From positions 7,626,001 to 7,690,000 of the forward strand of contig JAQFVV010000008.1 in NCBI GenBank assembly GCA_028023455.1: a DNA stretch of 64,000 nt, in the 5' to 3' direction. This DNA is from Epiperipatus broadwayi (lineage: Eukaryota > Animalia > Onychophora). Shown piece after piece: positions 12,567 to 27,127 of the stretch. The notes under the pieces are model-generated. The model saw only the letters and a program-made list of their open reading frames with translations, did not search any database and was not told the origin of the DNA. Each line of letters starts with the position of its first letter. Within the stretch, counting starts at the first letter, position 1. The position numbers and the translations under genes are program-made.

Positions 12567-15299
12567 TATAACTATTATGAAATATATTAAAAATAATACA
12601 TATAATCAGCTTCATGGTATAATTGCTATCAAACATTTAGGTGTAGAACTGTAAAACCAAAGTTTTATATGTGAGTTAAGGTACAAATTTTGTAGTAACA
12701 ACTTTTTTTAAGCTGTATATATTTACAATTACCTCAAGAATCATTACAATAGCCAATAATTTTTTTTTTTTTTTAAGTGTGACTTGATCTATAGATAAAT
12801 AGTGTCTTCTATTTGCCACTAAGTAATCTTTATGGTGTTTGTTATCATAGCTCAGAAAGAAGAAAAAAATAGATGGTTCAATAATTGATGATTCTATTTT
12901 ATTATTTTATGTTTTTTATATAGCCTTAAAAGTCTTTCTGCAACATTTTTTGTATGATTAAATGATTATTGATTGTGCATTGTCTAATATATTTTGTCAA
13001 AAATCAGTTAAATTTCAAGATGCATTTTTTAATGATTATTGCAATCGCAAATTATTTTACCATGGTATTTTATGCTCACTTAATTTTGATGTTATAAGAT
13101 GCAACTGCAAACAAAGTTATTTGATTTGTTAAGATTTTCAGAATAATGGAAACTATTTATTTAAAGTGAAAGCTTCATAAGTTTAATTATTTGGGTCTTA
13201 TTAAATTTTTTAATGTATCTTATTCCAAGTGCATTAAAATGATAGTAATATCAATTTATTTATACTAGTAAGGGAGGGGGTAATTCAAAATGGTAATTAT
13301 GCTTAAATAAGCAATTATTTTTAATGCTTCTATTTTTAAATATTCATATTGAGATGGGAAATTGATTGGTTATATGTCATTATATATATATATTGTAACA
13401 TAAATAACGGGATCAAAGATCCATTATAACATAAATAACGTAGATCAAAAAGGAAAAATTGTATTTTAATTTTATATCGAAGAGAAAAGAATTGTACTGG
13501 TCAGTCTAAGCTATTTAACAAACGCTCAGACGATGAATTATCAATCATATTAAGGGTACCTTGGATTAAATGAAACACATTTCTATAATTAGATTTCTAA
13601 AGATATAATATCAATGATTAGAAACAATAATGCCTGGAGACTAGTCATTTAAGGTGTGGCCTATTTCAAACCCTAGATAGGCAGGCCTTGTATCATTAAT
13701 AAACAAGTAGAAACTATAAACAAATTATTAAGAACAAACTATTATAACTCAGGAAATAATATCAAGCTGTGAGTATATTGGTAACTCAATAAAATATCTT
13801 CTCCGGTATACAGATAGTAGATTTGATCCCCTTTCATCTCTTGGTTTGATGTCAAGTGTATATTTAAGTAAATAACAAGTGAATATGGTCAAGCAGGGCG
13901 TTACTAGATTATCTGAACCTAGACAGTTATATCTTATAATCTTTTCACATGTACTGGATTTGAATCCCTTTTTTTGGTACTTTATTTCTAACAAAAATAG
14001 AGGATTTTGCTTGTATGCACTAATATTTAGGTAAACATAAAACATCCTTAAACTAAAAGTGGAGTATATAAAATTCCTTAGACAGAAATCATTTCCTAGA
14101 TCTTAACATAATAAATGTGTTTCAATATCTTTACAAGTTTTACTAGCTCAGATTACTATTAATTTAGGATGGCAATTTACTCATCCTTGCATGATATAGA
14201 TGGTGGAATGGTGATTATTATATTTATTCACGAATATTTATTCACGAATGTCAACTAAATACCATGAAATCACTTATTTATTTATGGCCTTTAAACATTT
14301 ATCTAGCTCATTGATCAAAATGTGATGATGATGATGATGACGATAATGGTTTCAACCACAGCTTTAGGACTAAGCCTAATCATGAAACTTAATTTTTAAA
14401 GAAATTCATAACTATTGCTTAATCTTAGTATATCTAATTAAATCTTAAATAATTAATATTAACCATTGACGATGAATGATCACAACTAATAAAGAATATT
14501 CTCAATAAAATATATACACCTTGTTTAATAAAACAATTTAACATTTATTAATTTATTGCGAACATATACAAACAATTCAAAGATAAAACTAAGAATTTAT
14601 ATGAATAATGATGATAACAATAATAATTGATTATTTGGCAATCATATGATTAATTCTGCATTCTTCTTCCCCCTTTCTCGTCAAAGATATATACATAAAA
14701 TTGGATACTAAGTTTGCTAAAGTTTTCAATTCACAAGAAAATATTTCATAAAAAAAAATATTCACTCTTTTTTTTTCTTTTGCACATATACTTTTATAAT
14801 TTAACATGTAAAGTCGATTGATGAAGTAGAAAAATGCTAGTGAAATTGAGAGATTTCCAGAAACAAGTTTTTAAACTATCCCCCCCCCCTTCCCGCTAAG
14901 TTTGGAGATTGCTATTTAAATCAAAACAAAAATAACCTAATATTTGTAATGCTATATATGTCTATTATTCTTCCATCCACACGCAATTATATCCATGTAA
15001 CAATTTAATATATTACTGTGTAGGTATGTGTTTATTCCCATAATACCCAAAATATTTAAAAACAAAATAATAATAGAAATAAAATATCTTTTACATTTTA
15101 ACCAACATTTCATAATTTTAGATTAGTATACAATAATAGTTTTAATATACATAAAATTATTACTCAATGTTATAACTATTCTTATTGAAGAAAACTATGG
15201 TTTTAATCAATTTTGGGTTGTGTTAAAAGTTCTGAGAAAAAAAAAATATAACTTCATTAAAATTTTAGAATAGTCTTTGATATAATAAAAAGAAAATAT

Positions 15300-16330
15300 A
15301 TAGTAAAAGTTCATATTACCAGTCCCATGGGTTCAAACTTAGCTTGTTTAATGTTCATACTTTTGCAGCAATCACGGTTTCTTTTCCTTGAGGCTTGTAA
15401 TTATTTAATGGTTATGATTATGGTGATATTTGCCACTGGAACTCCTTTTTTCCTCTTTCTTACTTGTTAAGCATAATTCCATTAGAGTATATCAATTGTT
15501 CTCTCGTTTGCAATTTTTTTTCTTACTGGGTTTAAATTCAGTTGCTGGAACAATTGTACTAGATGATTCAATTTGTACTAGATGCTTTAATATTTATCAG
15601 TAGATTAATCAATTTTCTTCAGCTTTCAAATGCAGGTGAATGTTTCTTTTGCTTAAAATCTCGAATTTTTCTTTTCGATCAGTCATCAGATGTGGAATAT
15701 TTAATTTCATTTCAGACAAGACTTTTTTTTATATATGATATGCTAGCTGATGATGACTCTGGTAGACGAGAAAATATATATATATTTTTTCAACCAGCCA
15801 TGTTGTTTTTAATCTTCACAAAAAAAAACTTTATATTAAAAATGATTTTTAAAATTGATATCTGCTGAATTAAAATGCTTGTCTTCCTTAGTTTCAATAT
15901 TTTAAAATTCTCTTACTGATTTTTCCCAGACTGGTTTTTATAGTTTATTTTTTTAGCTAACTTGTTTAATTAGATTTCTAGTGTAACATTCTCTGGAAAC
16001 ATATTTAAAAATCACACTACCTTGATTTTTCAGACTAATCTTGTTTTGAAGGAAAAATTGTCTTAATCCTTTTTCTTGACATCTGTCACAAATGTAACAC
16101 CTAAAATTTGAGCTGCTTTCTTTGATCAAACTGATGGGACAATTTTAAAACTTAGGGCTCTCACCAAGCTTTAACAGAAAAACAACCAATCTTTATAAAA
16201 ACAAAATTGATACAAAAATATACATCTAATTTAACAGATTTTCTCCTTTAACACAAAATTGTGAAGCAAATAATTTAACAGTTTTAACTTTTTTTTCAAT
16301 ATGTAATAAATATAGGTTTGTTTGTACAAT
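15300..16330 (-). mobile_element. Possible decayed DNA transposon (Tc1/IS630-like helix-turn-helix remnant)
   Basis: Minus-strand translation near 16060-16140 gives SKKAAQILGVTFVTDVKKK, resembling a transposase HTH; no TIRs or DDE motif confirmed. Confidence 0.25.
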
Positions 16331-17319
16331 GTACCCACACACTCTATCATTTATAAAATGGGCCTATAAAATAATCTAAATGCTTTCTAGAAATTATAAT
16401 TTTAATATTTAAAATCAAATCCTTAACTTCCAAATCCCAAACTATAATCATAGAAAAACAAAAATAGACAGATAAAAATAAAATATTAGAATTTAACAAA
16501 TGTAGGTTAGCTTTGAAGAGAGTTTAATATTTAAAATATACAATGATAATTAAATAGCTCACACACACACTGTTTATATATGTGTTATTACTTTACTTTT
16601 TAACAAAAAAAAAAATTTAATATTGAATATTTAAATGTGTGTACTATTCTTGTTTTTTTATCAACACACAAACAAATAAAGAACATACCTGTTGCCCCAC
16701 TCTCTTTCTCTCTTAAGTTTTTATAGAACTTGACCCTGTAGGATTTAAACTTGAGTGCCCTACAGCTTCCTTTCCTATACAAAATTGTGATAGTGATTTT
16801 TGTTCATTTTCTTTCATGCACATTACAACAAATTTAACTAATGTCTAAATTGTAATGGCACAATATATATGCATAAAAAATGCCTTATTTTTTGTTATTT
16901 CTGAAGATGTGTAAAATAAAAGTTTAATAGAAAATCATGTTTTTTTAAATCAATATGTAGAAGTAGTGAATAATTATGCTTGTACCCACTTTCATAATAA
17001 ATCTTTAGCAGGTTGTAGATACCTAGATGATAGAAACAGTGAATCACCCTTCAAAGCCAAAATATGTAAATACTGAGCAATTAATAGTAGTGTCTATGCA
17101 AACAGGTTTCTGTAATAGTTTCTAGACAAGTGGTCCTCAGATAGAAAGCATCATATTTGCACTATTTTTATTTAGTGAATTTGAAACTAGATTTATTTAT
17201 CAAAGATATTCTAGTTTGTTTGTTTTTTAGCTTTAGCAGTATTCTTATGGTTTTGATTTTAAACAAAAATATTTTCAGTTTGAATTTTGAAATTTTTGGT
17301 TCTCATATATATGACAATC

Positions 17320-18060
17320 TATCCCGCTCGACGCTGTTTCTAGTCAAAAACAAATAGATATAACGTTACTGGGCTGATTTACATTTTAATTTTTTTTAAA
17401 TAACGCTTTCACCGGTTTTTTTTTTTTTGTGAATTTACTTTTTTTTTTAGATGTAAAACTTAGCATTTCTTTCAAAATACATGTACTTTTTTTAAAAAAA
17501 TATTATTTTCTTAATTACAGTTTTTAATTACATAATACATTTTAGCGCCTAGCACGAATGTGCAGGGGAGGTGACCGGTGTTTTTGCCAATCCAAAAGAT
17601 CGGCCAATAAATACACTTCTCTGATCCAATCATAGGATTTTTAAAACAATGTGCAACTTTCACCACAGCCATTTTAGTATTCTTGTAGCTGTTCTCACGC
17701 AAACGTGACTTTTCCTGTGAATTCTCTGAAATGGTGCTGGGACCTACTCTTTTGATATTAAATTCACCTCCAAAGATGTGTAAGGAAGCGCGGCGACGAG
17801 CTTACATTTATTACTATGTAACAGTATGTCAGGTAGGGTGTAAGATTATTACCTCGAATGTACGTTAAAAGAGTTATGACCAGTTGAATTCTAGACACAT
17901 TGACATCGTACGGTAGCGATATGTGAAGTGTGCGCTATTTGTATACTGTCGCGAAGCACATTAGCAGGACGGATGCAACATAATCTAAACCAGCAACGGC
18001 TAATATGAACACAACTATTCTATAGGCTGTAAGTTTCCCCACGTAAACGGCATATTTCTG
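17320..18060. promoter_or_regulatory. CpG-retaining island with promoter motifs
   Basis: Many CpGs against a CpG-poor background. CCAAT boxes at 17587, 17604 and 17626; YY1-type GCCATTTT at 17668-17675. Splice-donor-like sites on both strands (CAG|gtaggg at 17832/17833; minus-strand AAT|gtaagc near 17805). Confidence 0.6.
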
Positions 18061-21000
18061 TGCTTTTACATGGAACTAAATTTTTTAAATATGGATAAAA
18101 TCATTTTTAGAAGATGGAAAACATTTCTGATAAATATTATTTAGAATCTAAACTATTGTTTTTTGAAAAGCTTAAAAGATAAGGTTCTTATTATTCCATA
18201 AGTGTTTTAACAATTTAAATCACATCTTATCTGCTCAAGGTGATGTATAAAATATGTTTGTCTGAAAGTTTGTGATGTTTTACTTATAATTAAATCATGG
18301 TGAGAGTCCAACATATAAATATAAAATGTAATATCTTTTTTAAAACATTACAAATATATTTCAACTTAAAATAATTTTAAAAATATTTTTTGTTGTAATT
18401 CTTAAATATTTATTTCATAATTATAAATTATAGTATTTTATTACAAAGTTTTTCACTTTTATCAAAAAAAATTTAAAAAGTAATATCATAATCGTTCATT
18501 ATATTTTCAAAAGATTTATATATTTATCATTGACAATAATTAACTACAATATGAAAAATATCTTTAAAATATCACAAAATTATTATTTCAGGTTTGCAAT
18601 TGCAACTCACATTGTTACTTCCTGAAATAGTTTACAAAAAAAATTTATTAAAAAAAAACTAACTAAATAATTATAAAATATTTATTTATTTTAAAAATAA
18701 TTAATTTAAAATTAGTAAATAAATAAAAGAGTTGATTTTTTTTATTAGTAAAAGATAAGACTAATTGAAATGGATTTTATTTCTTTTTTTATATAATAAA
18801 TTTGTTTATTGCTTTGCTCACAACTTAGTTTTTTTTTTAATTCTATCATTAGTGTATTTAAATTAATTACATTTAAGTATGTCTTTTATTAAGTGAAAAA
18901 ACTTTCATGTGTCAGCTATGTTTTTAATTTTATAAATGAAATTTCTGATTAAGAGTTTGAACACATTTATTATTTCATTACATTTACCTATGTAATTGAT
19001 GATCTGATCTGAATGATGATATGAGCTACTAGTAAATTATTATTTTAATAGCAAAAGCTGTTTATAAACAGGAACAGATTAAGTCCACTACTTCCTATCA
19101 TTAGCTAAAAATTGATTGGAATCTGGTTATGTATAATCACCTGTTATTTATTAATAATCTTTATTATTCTTGATTTTTTCAGTACATATTTGACTTTGGA
19201 CTTTAATGATAGGTGTCAGCATTATCAAGGAGTATAATATTATGTTGTGATGGCAATTGGATTTATTCATACTCTAATAATTTTAGACCTTAATTGGCCA
19301 AGTTAAATATTTAATTTCTAGATGTTGCAAATTATAGATGTATGTACAATATTTTCTTAATGAGATTTAAACATTAAACAGACACCACAATTGTTTGGGC
19401 ATACATGCAGTGAAATGTTTAAAAATTAAAAATCACTTATTATAATGACTTTGTATATAATATTTCCTATTGATTATTTGAATCAGTATTACATTCTAAT
19501 CATGATATCATTGACTGAGAAATTTGTGGAAACTTTTAGACATGTCACAAATAGGTTGTAAGTTTGGAATCTGTAAAGTATTTTTTCAATTATGTAATAA
19601 GTTAATCTTTTACTATATTATGACTTTTTTTTAAAATCAATGTAAAAGTATTTGCTCAGATAGTAATGCTATGCTGAGTAAATGTTTCTGTATCAAAATA
19701 AATCTAGAAAAACTATTTTTATTTCTTATTGTAAAGACCTATATTTCATATTATTTTGTTCGTGTAATTGGTCTATGAAATATTATGGGCCAATCTTGTA
19801 TATTGTCCATATAATGTCTGCTTTACTAAATTTAGATATTGAATATTTTTTATTATTGTAAATTGGCTATAGAAGTGTAGTACTAAATGCCATTCTCTTA
19901 TTTATAGACTTGATTTACACTTGAATTATAAAAGTTTCTAATAGTAAATACTAAATTAGGAATTGGCTATGGATTGTGACTAGCTTTTTATTTTTGACAT
20001 GTATAATCATATTTAATTTTTAGAATAAGATCCAACACAACATAAATATTTCATTCTTATCCTATTATGTTTGCATACACAATTTAATCAGTGGCTAAAA
20101 GTAGTAAGATTGACATTTTATTGTTTATTTAAAATCTTTATATTGATTTAATAAACTAAATTCATGTGTGAACAAAATAATATTTCTGTTGTGGAAATTT
20201 TTAACATAAAAATTATAAATTTTTATAATGAAAGATATTTGTAGTTTGTAATAATTATGCACTTGCCCATAACAATTATTAATTAAATTTTAACTAAAAA
20301 ATGAAAAATATCAAATATGTATTATATAAGTAAACTTGTTATATATATATTGTAATCTTATTATCCAACTCCATTGGGAATAGATCGATTGGTATTTATA
20401 GTGTTTTTGAAAAAAAAAAAGAAAAATTTTAATTTTTTTTATAAATTCAAAGTAAATTATATTACTATGCAATTGAAGGAAAAATCTGATTTTTTTTCCC
20501 TTTACATGTGTCTGTTCAGAGTGTGTTATCTATATTTTATTTAGCTTATATATTATTTTGATATTATAAATTAATTATAATGATTGATGTTTCATTATGA
20601 CATAATTAAAGTGCGGTTAATTGGTGCAATTGAAATTAATCATATCAATAATTAAATTTTTCCTATAATTTCACGTATGTAACTAAAATAAATGTAGTTT
20701 AAAATTTGGTATAGTTTTATATTGGTTTTATTAAAAGGGTGAAATATAAAAATATGGTTTATTGGATTTGAGATTGGTTTATACTGGGTTTAGTTTAGTT
20801 TAATAAATTGATAAGTCGTAAATTCTCTCAAGTATTTTTTTTTTACTGTTGAATTGTCTCGTGTTAAGATATACAAATGAGAGATATTAAATGATATTAT
20901 AATTGTAATATTGAACTTTTTATATTGTGATGATAAAACTTATTATTATTTATTCTAAAATATGTTAAACAGCATTATATTTTGGTTTTTAATTCTGTAT

Positions 21001-23099
21001 CGTAATTTCAGAATATTTCAATAGCACATTTAATCAATATTGAGTTTAAAGGGAAAAGGATTTTAATAATATGAACCTAAAGTTTGTGTATTTTCCTTGT
21101 ATTTTACTGCTTGAATATAAACAATTTATAGATTGACGATGGGTGGCAGGATTCTACTAAATTCATTGTATACATGGTAAAATATATTTATAACCGATTG
21201 TTATCACTGTGAATGGCAATTTAGAGTATCTGTGAGAGGCTAAGTGTTCATGGTTGATGATGGAAAGAAATGACCATTTTACAGCTGTGAATTTCCCGTT
21301 GGATGTATGGTTTTTCATTTTATTCTGGGATTATTGTATTGGGGGATCATTAGTATTTTGCAGTGTCGTGGAGATATCCGACCCAATATCTTATATGGTG
21401 GTCATGATCTTAATGAGTATGCTTGGATGATATGATATATTAGGAAGTTGCTGATAGACACCTGGATATGTAATTCAAGTGTATTCAGACATGACCCTAG
21501 ACTAATAATATTGTCAATGCTGACTTGATTTTTTAATGTCTATGTTAGTAGTGTTTCCCTACCCTGTGCATCGAACAGTGAGTCATTAGTTATTGATCAT
21601 GAATTACTTAAAGAAGGTATGCAAGGTAAGGTATATTCTTACAGGTTGAATGAATATTTGTAATCTAGCTAACCTCAAATTTAATTTAACGTAATGTGTT
21701 AAGGAAATTGTTGAAACCGATAGTGCAATTAGTTCGTTCTAATAGACTCACTGTTCTGTAGTTGTTTGTTTTATGCTTTATTAAAATAATAAATTTCAAC
21801 GACATAAATAAATATCTTATGGATAGTTTAGAGAATTCATAAACAAGGGAATCAGATATGTAATTACGATTAATTGGTATGTTAAGTATGCTGATTCTTT
21901 AAATGGAATAATTTCCATAACAAGATACTATATTTTCGAATTTGTTATTTTATTATGATTTTTTTTTTTTTTTTTTATGAACATAAATAATGCTCCCTTA
22001 TAATATTATTTTGAGATATCTTGGCAAGTACCAGAATTTAGTTGTGGACATTTAACATTTTATTTTGTTTAATATTAAAATTATTTTTTGTTGTTGTTGT
22101 TGCTATATGTTTCATCTGTAAATAAATGTTAGTATAATCTTTATACTAATTATTGTTTATTATTCTTTATGCTAATTATTGTTTTTGCGTTCATGGTTAT
22201 TCCAAATCACTAATCACCAATTCAGTTAATTTCTAGCCATTACAGTTTAAGGGAATTGTTGTTGATTACATATTTCAATTTTAGAATCAATCCAGCATAG
22301 CAATCATAAATGATAATTATCACATACTCTTGAAATTTGAGAAATAGGATTATTTACATTATTCAATGAGTGATTGATAGAATTCATTATTATTTTCTAA
22401 TTATAATCAAATACGTAAGTAGTAAAGTTTAAGCACTGTGGTTTAGGCATAATGCAATCAATAGAAAGTACAATATGCTAGTTGACAAATCTATGAACGA
22501 ACTTGTAATGTGGTATTGTTACTATGTGAACCATTTTAATATCACCATCAGCTAGAAGATCCATGCCATACCATTAGTTATAATGCCTCATAGTTATGCT
22601 GGTGCCTTTGCACATTGAGTGGCAGTAAAATGAACCCTCTTGCCTAACTTAAGTGTGCCTTGGTTCGGACATATCAAAATTAGAACCCTGAGATATAAAT
22701 GTTAAGATATTTTATGATTTAAATGTATCATACAAGTGGTGTAGCAAATAAGGCCGGAAGGCAATAATTTTTGGTGTGCAATTGTTTACAATAGATATAT
22801 ATTTATTTGTGATAAGTCTTGAATATATTATTTATATTTGTATGTTTTATAATTATATTTTTAAAGTTCTATATGATTAATTTTGTTTATATGGTTTAAT
22901 TTTTATTATTAAATTTTAAATGCATTGAACAAATAAATATAAAATTACAATGTATTTATTGCTAAAAATTAAAGATTTCATAGTTTGATATTATTTTAAT
23001 TGTTAAAAAAATTGTATATTTTATTCCTGGGATATCTTTAAGAGTAGAAAATTGCTGTATACACAAATAAATGTACAAAATACTAAATCTTGACTTGAA

Positions 23100-24340
23100 A
23101 TATGATAGTTGTGTTCAAAAAGCTTATTTTCATTCATCAATTTTATAAAAAATGATTTCATTCCTCAGTCCATTATACCCCTATTAATTACTGCCTTCCA
23201 AAAATTCATAGTTATCTGCTTTAATTAAAGATATTTTTTTCATTTATTTTTATTTTTTACTGATATTTCTAAAATGTTTTTCATAGTTCAGTTATCTCTT
23301 AAGTATATGTCCAATTTAGTATCTTGCTAATTTTATTTTTCTCCCATCAAATTCTCATCCATTCAGTTTTTTAATCTTGCTTTTCCAACTTACTTTTCAT
23401 ATATCCTCCAAGTCAGTATTTCTAAATTTACCATTATTTCTTTAGTTGTCCAATTCTTTGCTTCATTTAAAATGCCAAAACATTAGCTTTTATACAATTC
23501 TATCTTCAAAGAGTTGCAGAATAATTTATGAGCTTTGTTAAAAGCTTATTTAATCTTGTAATTCTTACTTTGGATTTTTTATTACTTTATCACTTAAACT
23601 ATTCTTCCAAATATTTAAAAGCATCATTTATCTATTCTAACTTCTAACCAATTATCATTCGAACTTTTATTCTACATTTATTTTCGTTGCTTAACTTTTG
23701 GTTATATTTATTCTTATTCCAAACTAGTATCATGCTAAGTTCATCTCCATTGTCTGCAAATATTGCTAAATCTGATGTGATGAATTTTTTTTATCCTCAT
23801 TGTTAAATTCTTGAGCAATTTATCTAAGTAAATAGTAAATAAATAGAAGCTAGCAGCTGTGTTTTAGATTTTTCTATATATTTATGCTTTCCAAAAGAAA
23901 ACCATTTATTCATAATAATATCATCTGATATATTTGTACATTTTTATGCCCTTCTCTTTTGAATATTAACAGAATAATCCAATTTATATAAGGCCTTTTC
24001 AAAATGTAATCAAATGTTAACTTTTTTTTTATTTTTTTTTACAAATATTCAAGTAAATTGTCCTCATTACTATAATTATATCTTGTTTTTTTTCTTTTCT
24101 AATTTCAAGTAGGTCTTGAGATAAAATGTCTTATTATAAGTATGGGTTTTCTATTTTAAACTTAATTATTAAGTTAGATTATTAGAATTTACTGCAATTT
24201 AGCCTTTTTTAAAAATGGAATCATTGTTAAAGAAAATTTACTAAGTCATTCTTGAATTATAATTTTTTCAGATTCATTTCCTTTTAGCTTACATCAATTT
24301 AAGTAGAATTTCATCAATTCTTTTTTTTTTTTTTTGCTTA
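23100..24340 (-). mobile_element. Old LINE reverse transcriptase remnant
   Basis: Minus-strand remnants: FEKA (ttttgaaaaggcc) and a degenerate FADD-type motif (tttgcagacaatgg); heavily decayed. Confidence 0.55.
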
Positions 24341-25584
24341 TGTTTGTCATGTTATTATAATATGTTATAAGGATTGAATTGTGGATACAAATTGTTCCCT
24401 GACAATGTTTAATTAAAAAGAAATTTTATTTTTTATAAATACCCTTATATAATAATGGTAATATTTTGATTACCTTAAATAGTGGCATTAGAATTTGAAT
24501 TCACTCAACTGCATTTAATGATGTATTCATCCTTCTATTGACTCATTTAGATTTGAACTGAGTTATCTGGCTTGAAAGGTTAAAATGGCTTAATCAAGAG
24601 ACTGGTATACAAAATTCTGGTCAATATAAAAATGAAGACTAAATCTGCCAAATCTCTCTCTAGCTGAATCATAACAAATTAAAGAACTAAGAAAAAACAA
24701 CAAAATGTATCACATTTGGAATAAAGACAATATAATGTATTATTATTCACCAAACTAACATGCTGTATAACATTAATTGAATAAATATCTTGAGAAAGAA
24801 AAAAACAAAAACATTTCTGTCCTGTATGCATTCCTGGAGATTAAAATATCATGGTCGTATATTTCATCTTTAAAACTTAGGTTCAAAAAAAAAGTTTACA
24901 AATACTTTTTTATAAAACTTGATTTAATTCTTTTATTGAAGTAATATTTTTTTTAAAAATACACATTTTTTTTTTTTTAAACCTATTTATTATTTTTTAA
25001 TCATATATAAATATCTACAATATCATTTTCAGTTTCTATTATTCAATCATTTATTATAATCAAAAGTGTTAATAACACAAATTTAGAACTAATGTACTCT
25101 TTTGTCTGAAAAATTGAAAAAAGAATCATATCTTACAGACATATTTAAAAAATGCAATTATCCATAAAAATTTGTGAAATTTTTTTTAAAAAAAAAATAA
25201 AACAATATATAATAGTTTAAATTTGAAAAATAAAATTATATTTACCCTTATTATATATTTATCTTATATTCCTTAATTAACTAAAAAAATTTAACATTAA
25301 AGAATGTAATGTAAAATGTGTAATAGGGGCAAATATTTAATTTTTAAAAATGCAATATAATTTATAAATGTTGGTAGGATATAATTTCTTTTTCAATTTT
25401 CAAACATATAATAGTACATTTGAACTAAATTTATATTATTTACACTCTTGAAAAAAATCATAATACATGACCAAAATATTAAAAGTAAAAATAATATATT
25501 TTAATAAACATTCACATATAATTGATTAAGAAGTAAATTTTTTTTTTTTTAAGTTTTTTTAAAAAATTTTGATGGGATTTTTAG

Positions 25585-25646
25585 AAGTACATGGCTCCTT
25601 GATGTTGTGTCATATAAGTACATGGCTCCTTGATGTTGTGTCATAT
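25585..25646. repeat. Perfect 31-bp tandem duplication
   Basis: aagtacatggctccttgatgttgtgtcatat twice. Confidence 0.95.
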
Positions 25647-25689
25647 GATGTTAAGACTGCTTTTATTGTTTATAAAATATAAAGAGCAT

Positions 25690-26300
25690 ACGATATTGCA
25701 GTTATCAAATATCATTGTCAATCATTATTCCAAAACCATTTTCAATGATTTCATTGAATTTACTCATTTCAGTTATAGATGATTAGGCATCAAATTTAGT
25801 GTGGTTTTAGAGAATTATAAAGCACTATTGTCTGGTTTTTATTACCAAATAAATATATCAAAAATGTGATTGCAAGGTATGATTTATATAATGCTTTTAT
25901 TGATTTGGTCAAGACCTTTGACTATTAATCTAGAAAGATTGTGGCAATATTTGAAAAATAACTCATCTAAAGTTTAGGTATGTAATAACTACTTTATAAT
26001 GATATGAGAAAAATGTTATTTCAGGATGATAAAAAATCTGAAATATTTGAAATAAAAGTGACAGGATGCTGTATTTTTCCATTTTCTTTGAGTCTTTGAA
26101 TAGTTTATAGACAATTTCTTATCAAAATGTTATTGGTTTTATAGTGGTATTTTTAATACGTACTGATTAAAGCAATTGGTTTCTACATTTACAGATTGTT
26201 CTTAATGTTTTGAATGTTAAATATAAAGAATTTAGTAATTAGTGTTTATAAAACTCACTTGCTTTATTAGCAACAATAGAAAAAAAAAATTTGGATGGAA
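25690..26300 (+). mobile_element. Old LINE RT fragment
   Basis: gcttttattgatttggtcaagacctttgac = AFIDLVKTFD (RT AFIDLxKAFD motif); decayed. Confidence 0.5.
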
Positions 26301-27127
26301 TAGTTTTCAGATAGTTTAAATATTGTGTGATATTTTAAAAATATATAAATATTTTTTGGATAGAATAGTTTTCAGATAGTTTAAATATTGTGTGATTTTA
26401 TTTTTTAGATAAAAAATTGAGCATGAGTATTGAGATGCAGTAGCCAACTCCACTTACATTTTGGTTTCTTTTTAATTGCATATTTTTATTTAGTTTTTTC
26501 AAACTTTTCAATATGAGATAATAAGCTATGTAACTCAGTACTGTCACTTGGCTTGTATTGAAATTTTGTATAATGGGCAAAATAGACTAATCTTATTCAA
26601 CAGAAAAGTAAATAGGTTTACTTGGTGCAATTTTATTACAACCAGATTTTAAAACATCACTTTATTAATTTTGATTTGATTTAAAGAGATTGCCTTGTCT
26701 TGTTATTAATTTGTCACTTGAGACATTTCCTGCACAATTTTATTAGGTGCTATACAATTTAGATTTGAAACTTCAAATTCAAATAATGGCCATATATCCA
26801 TATTAAGAAATAAGACTCCATCATTTATAATTTTAAGTTGATAAGTTTAATATATATATATAACCATCTTGAGTTGATTTTGATGAATCATGTAAATTGT
26901 ATTGATGTATTATCCTGTCACCCAAGCTTGGCAGCTTTTTTTTTTAATTATATATTTTCAGGGACATACAAGTTTTTGTTTATGGTTTTATTTCCAATTT
27001 TATTTTATCGAATGTGTTACTTATTAAGTATAAAAAATATATTAATAAATCTATTATAAATTCCATTCACAAGGTTTAATTAAATTATTTTTGTTCTTTT
27101 ATGTTCAGCATCTACCATTTTTGCAAA

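Noticed and set aside
15660-15775. CTGATGA...GAAA motifs near 15670-15690 (-) and 15746-15775 (+) as hammerheads
   Set aside because: No valid stem II, stem III or stem I pairing.
17511-17702. 63-aa minus-strand ORF (MAVVKVAHCFKNPMIG...)
   Set aside because: It is the reverse complement of the CCAAT/GCCATTTT promoter motifs; there is no recognisable homology or strong splice donor.
17852-17879. Loose resemblance of cctcgaatgtacgttaaaagagttatga to codons for PENALKRANE (missing exon 1)
   Set aside because: Needs several indels, has no upstream ATG...YFQR and no donor after it; likely chance.
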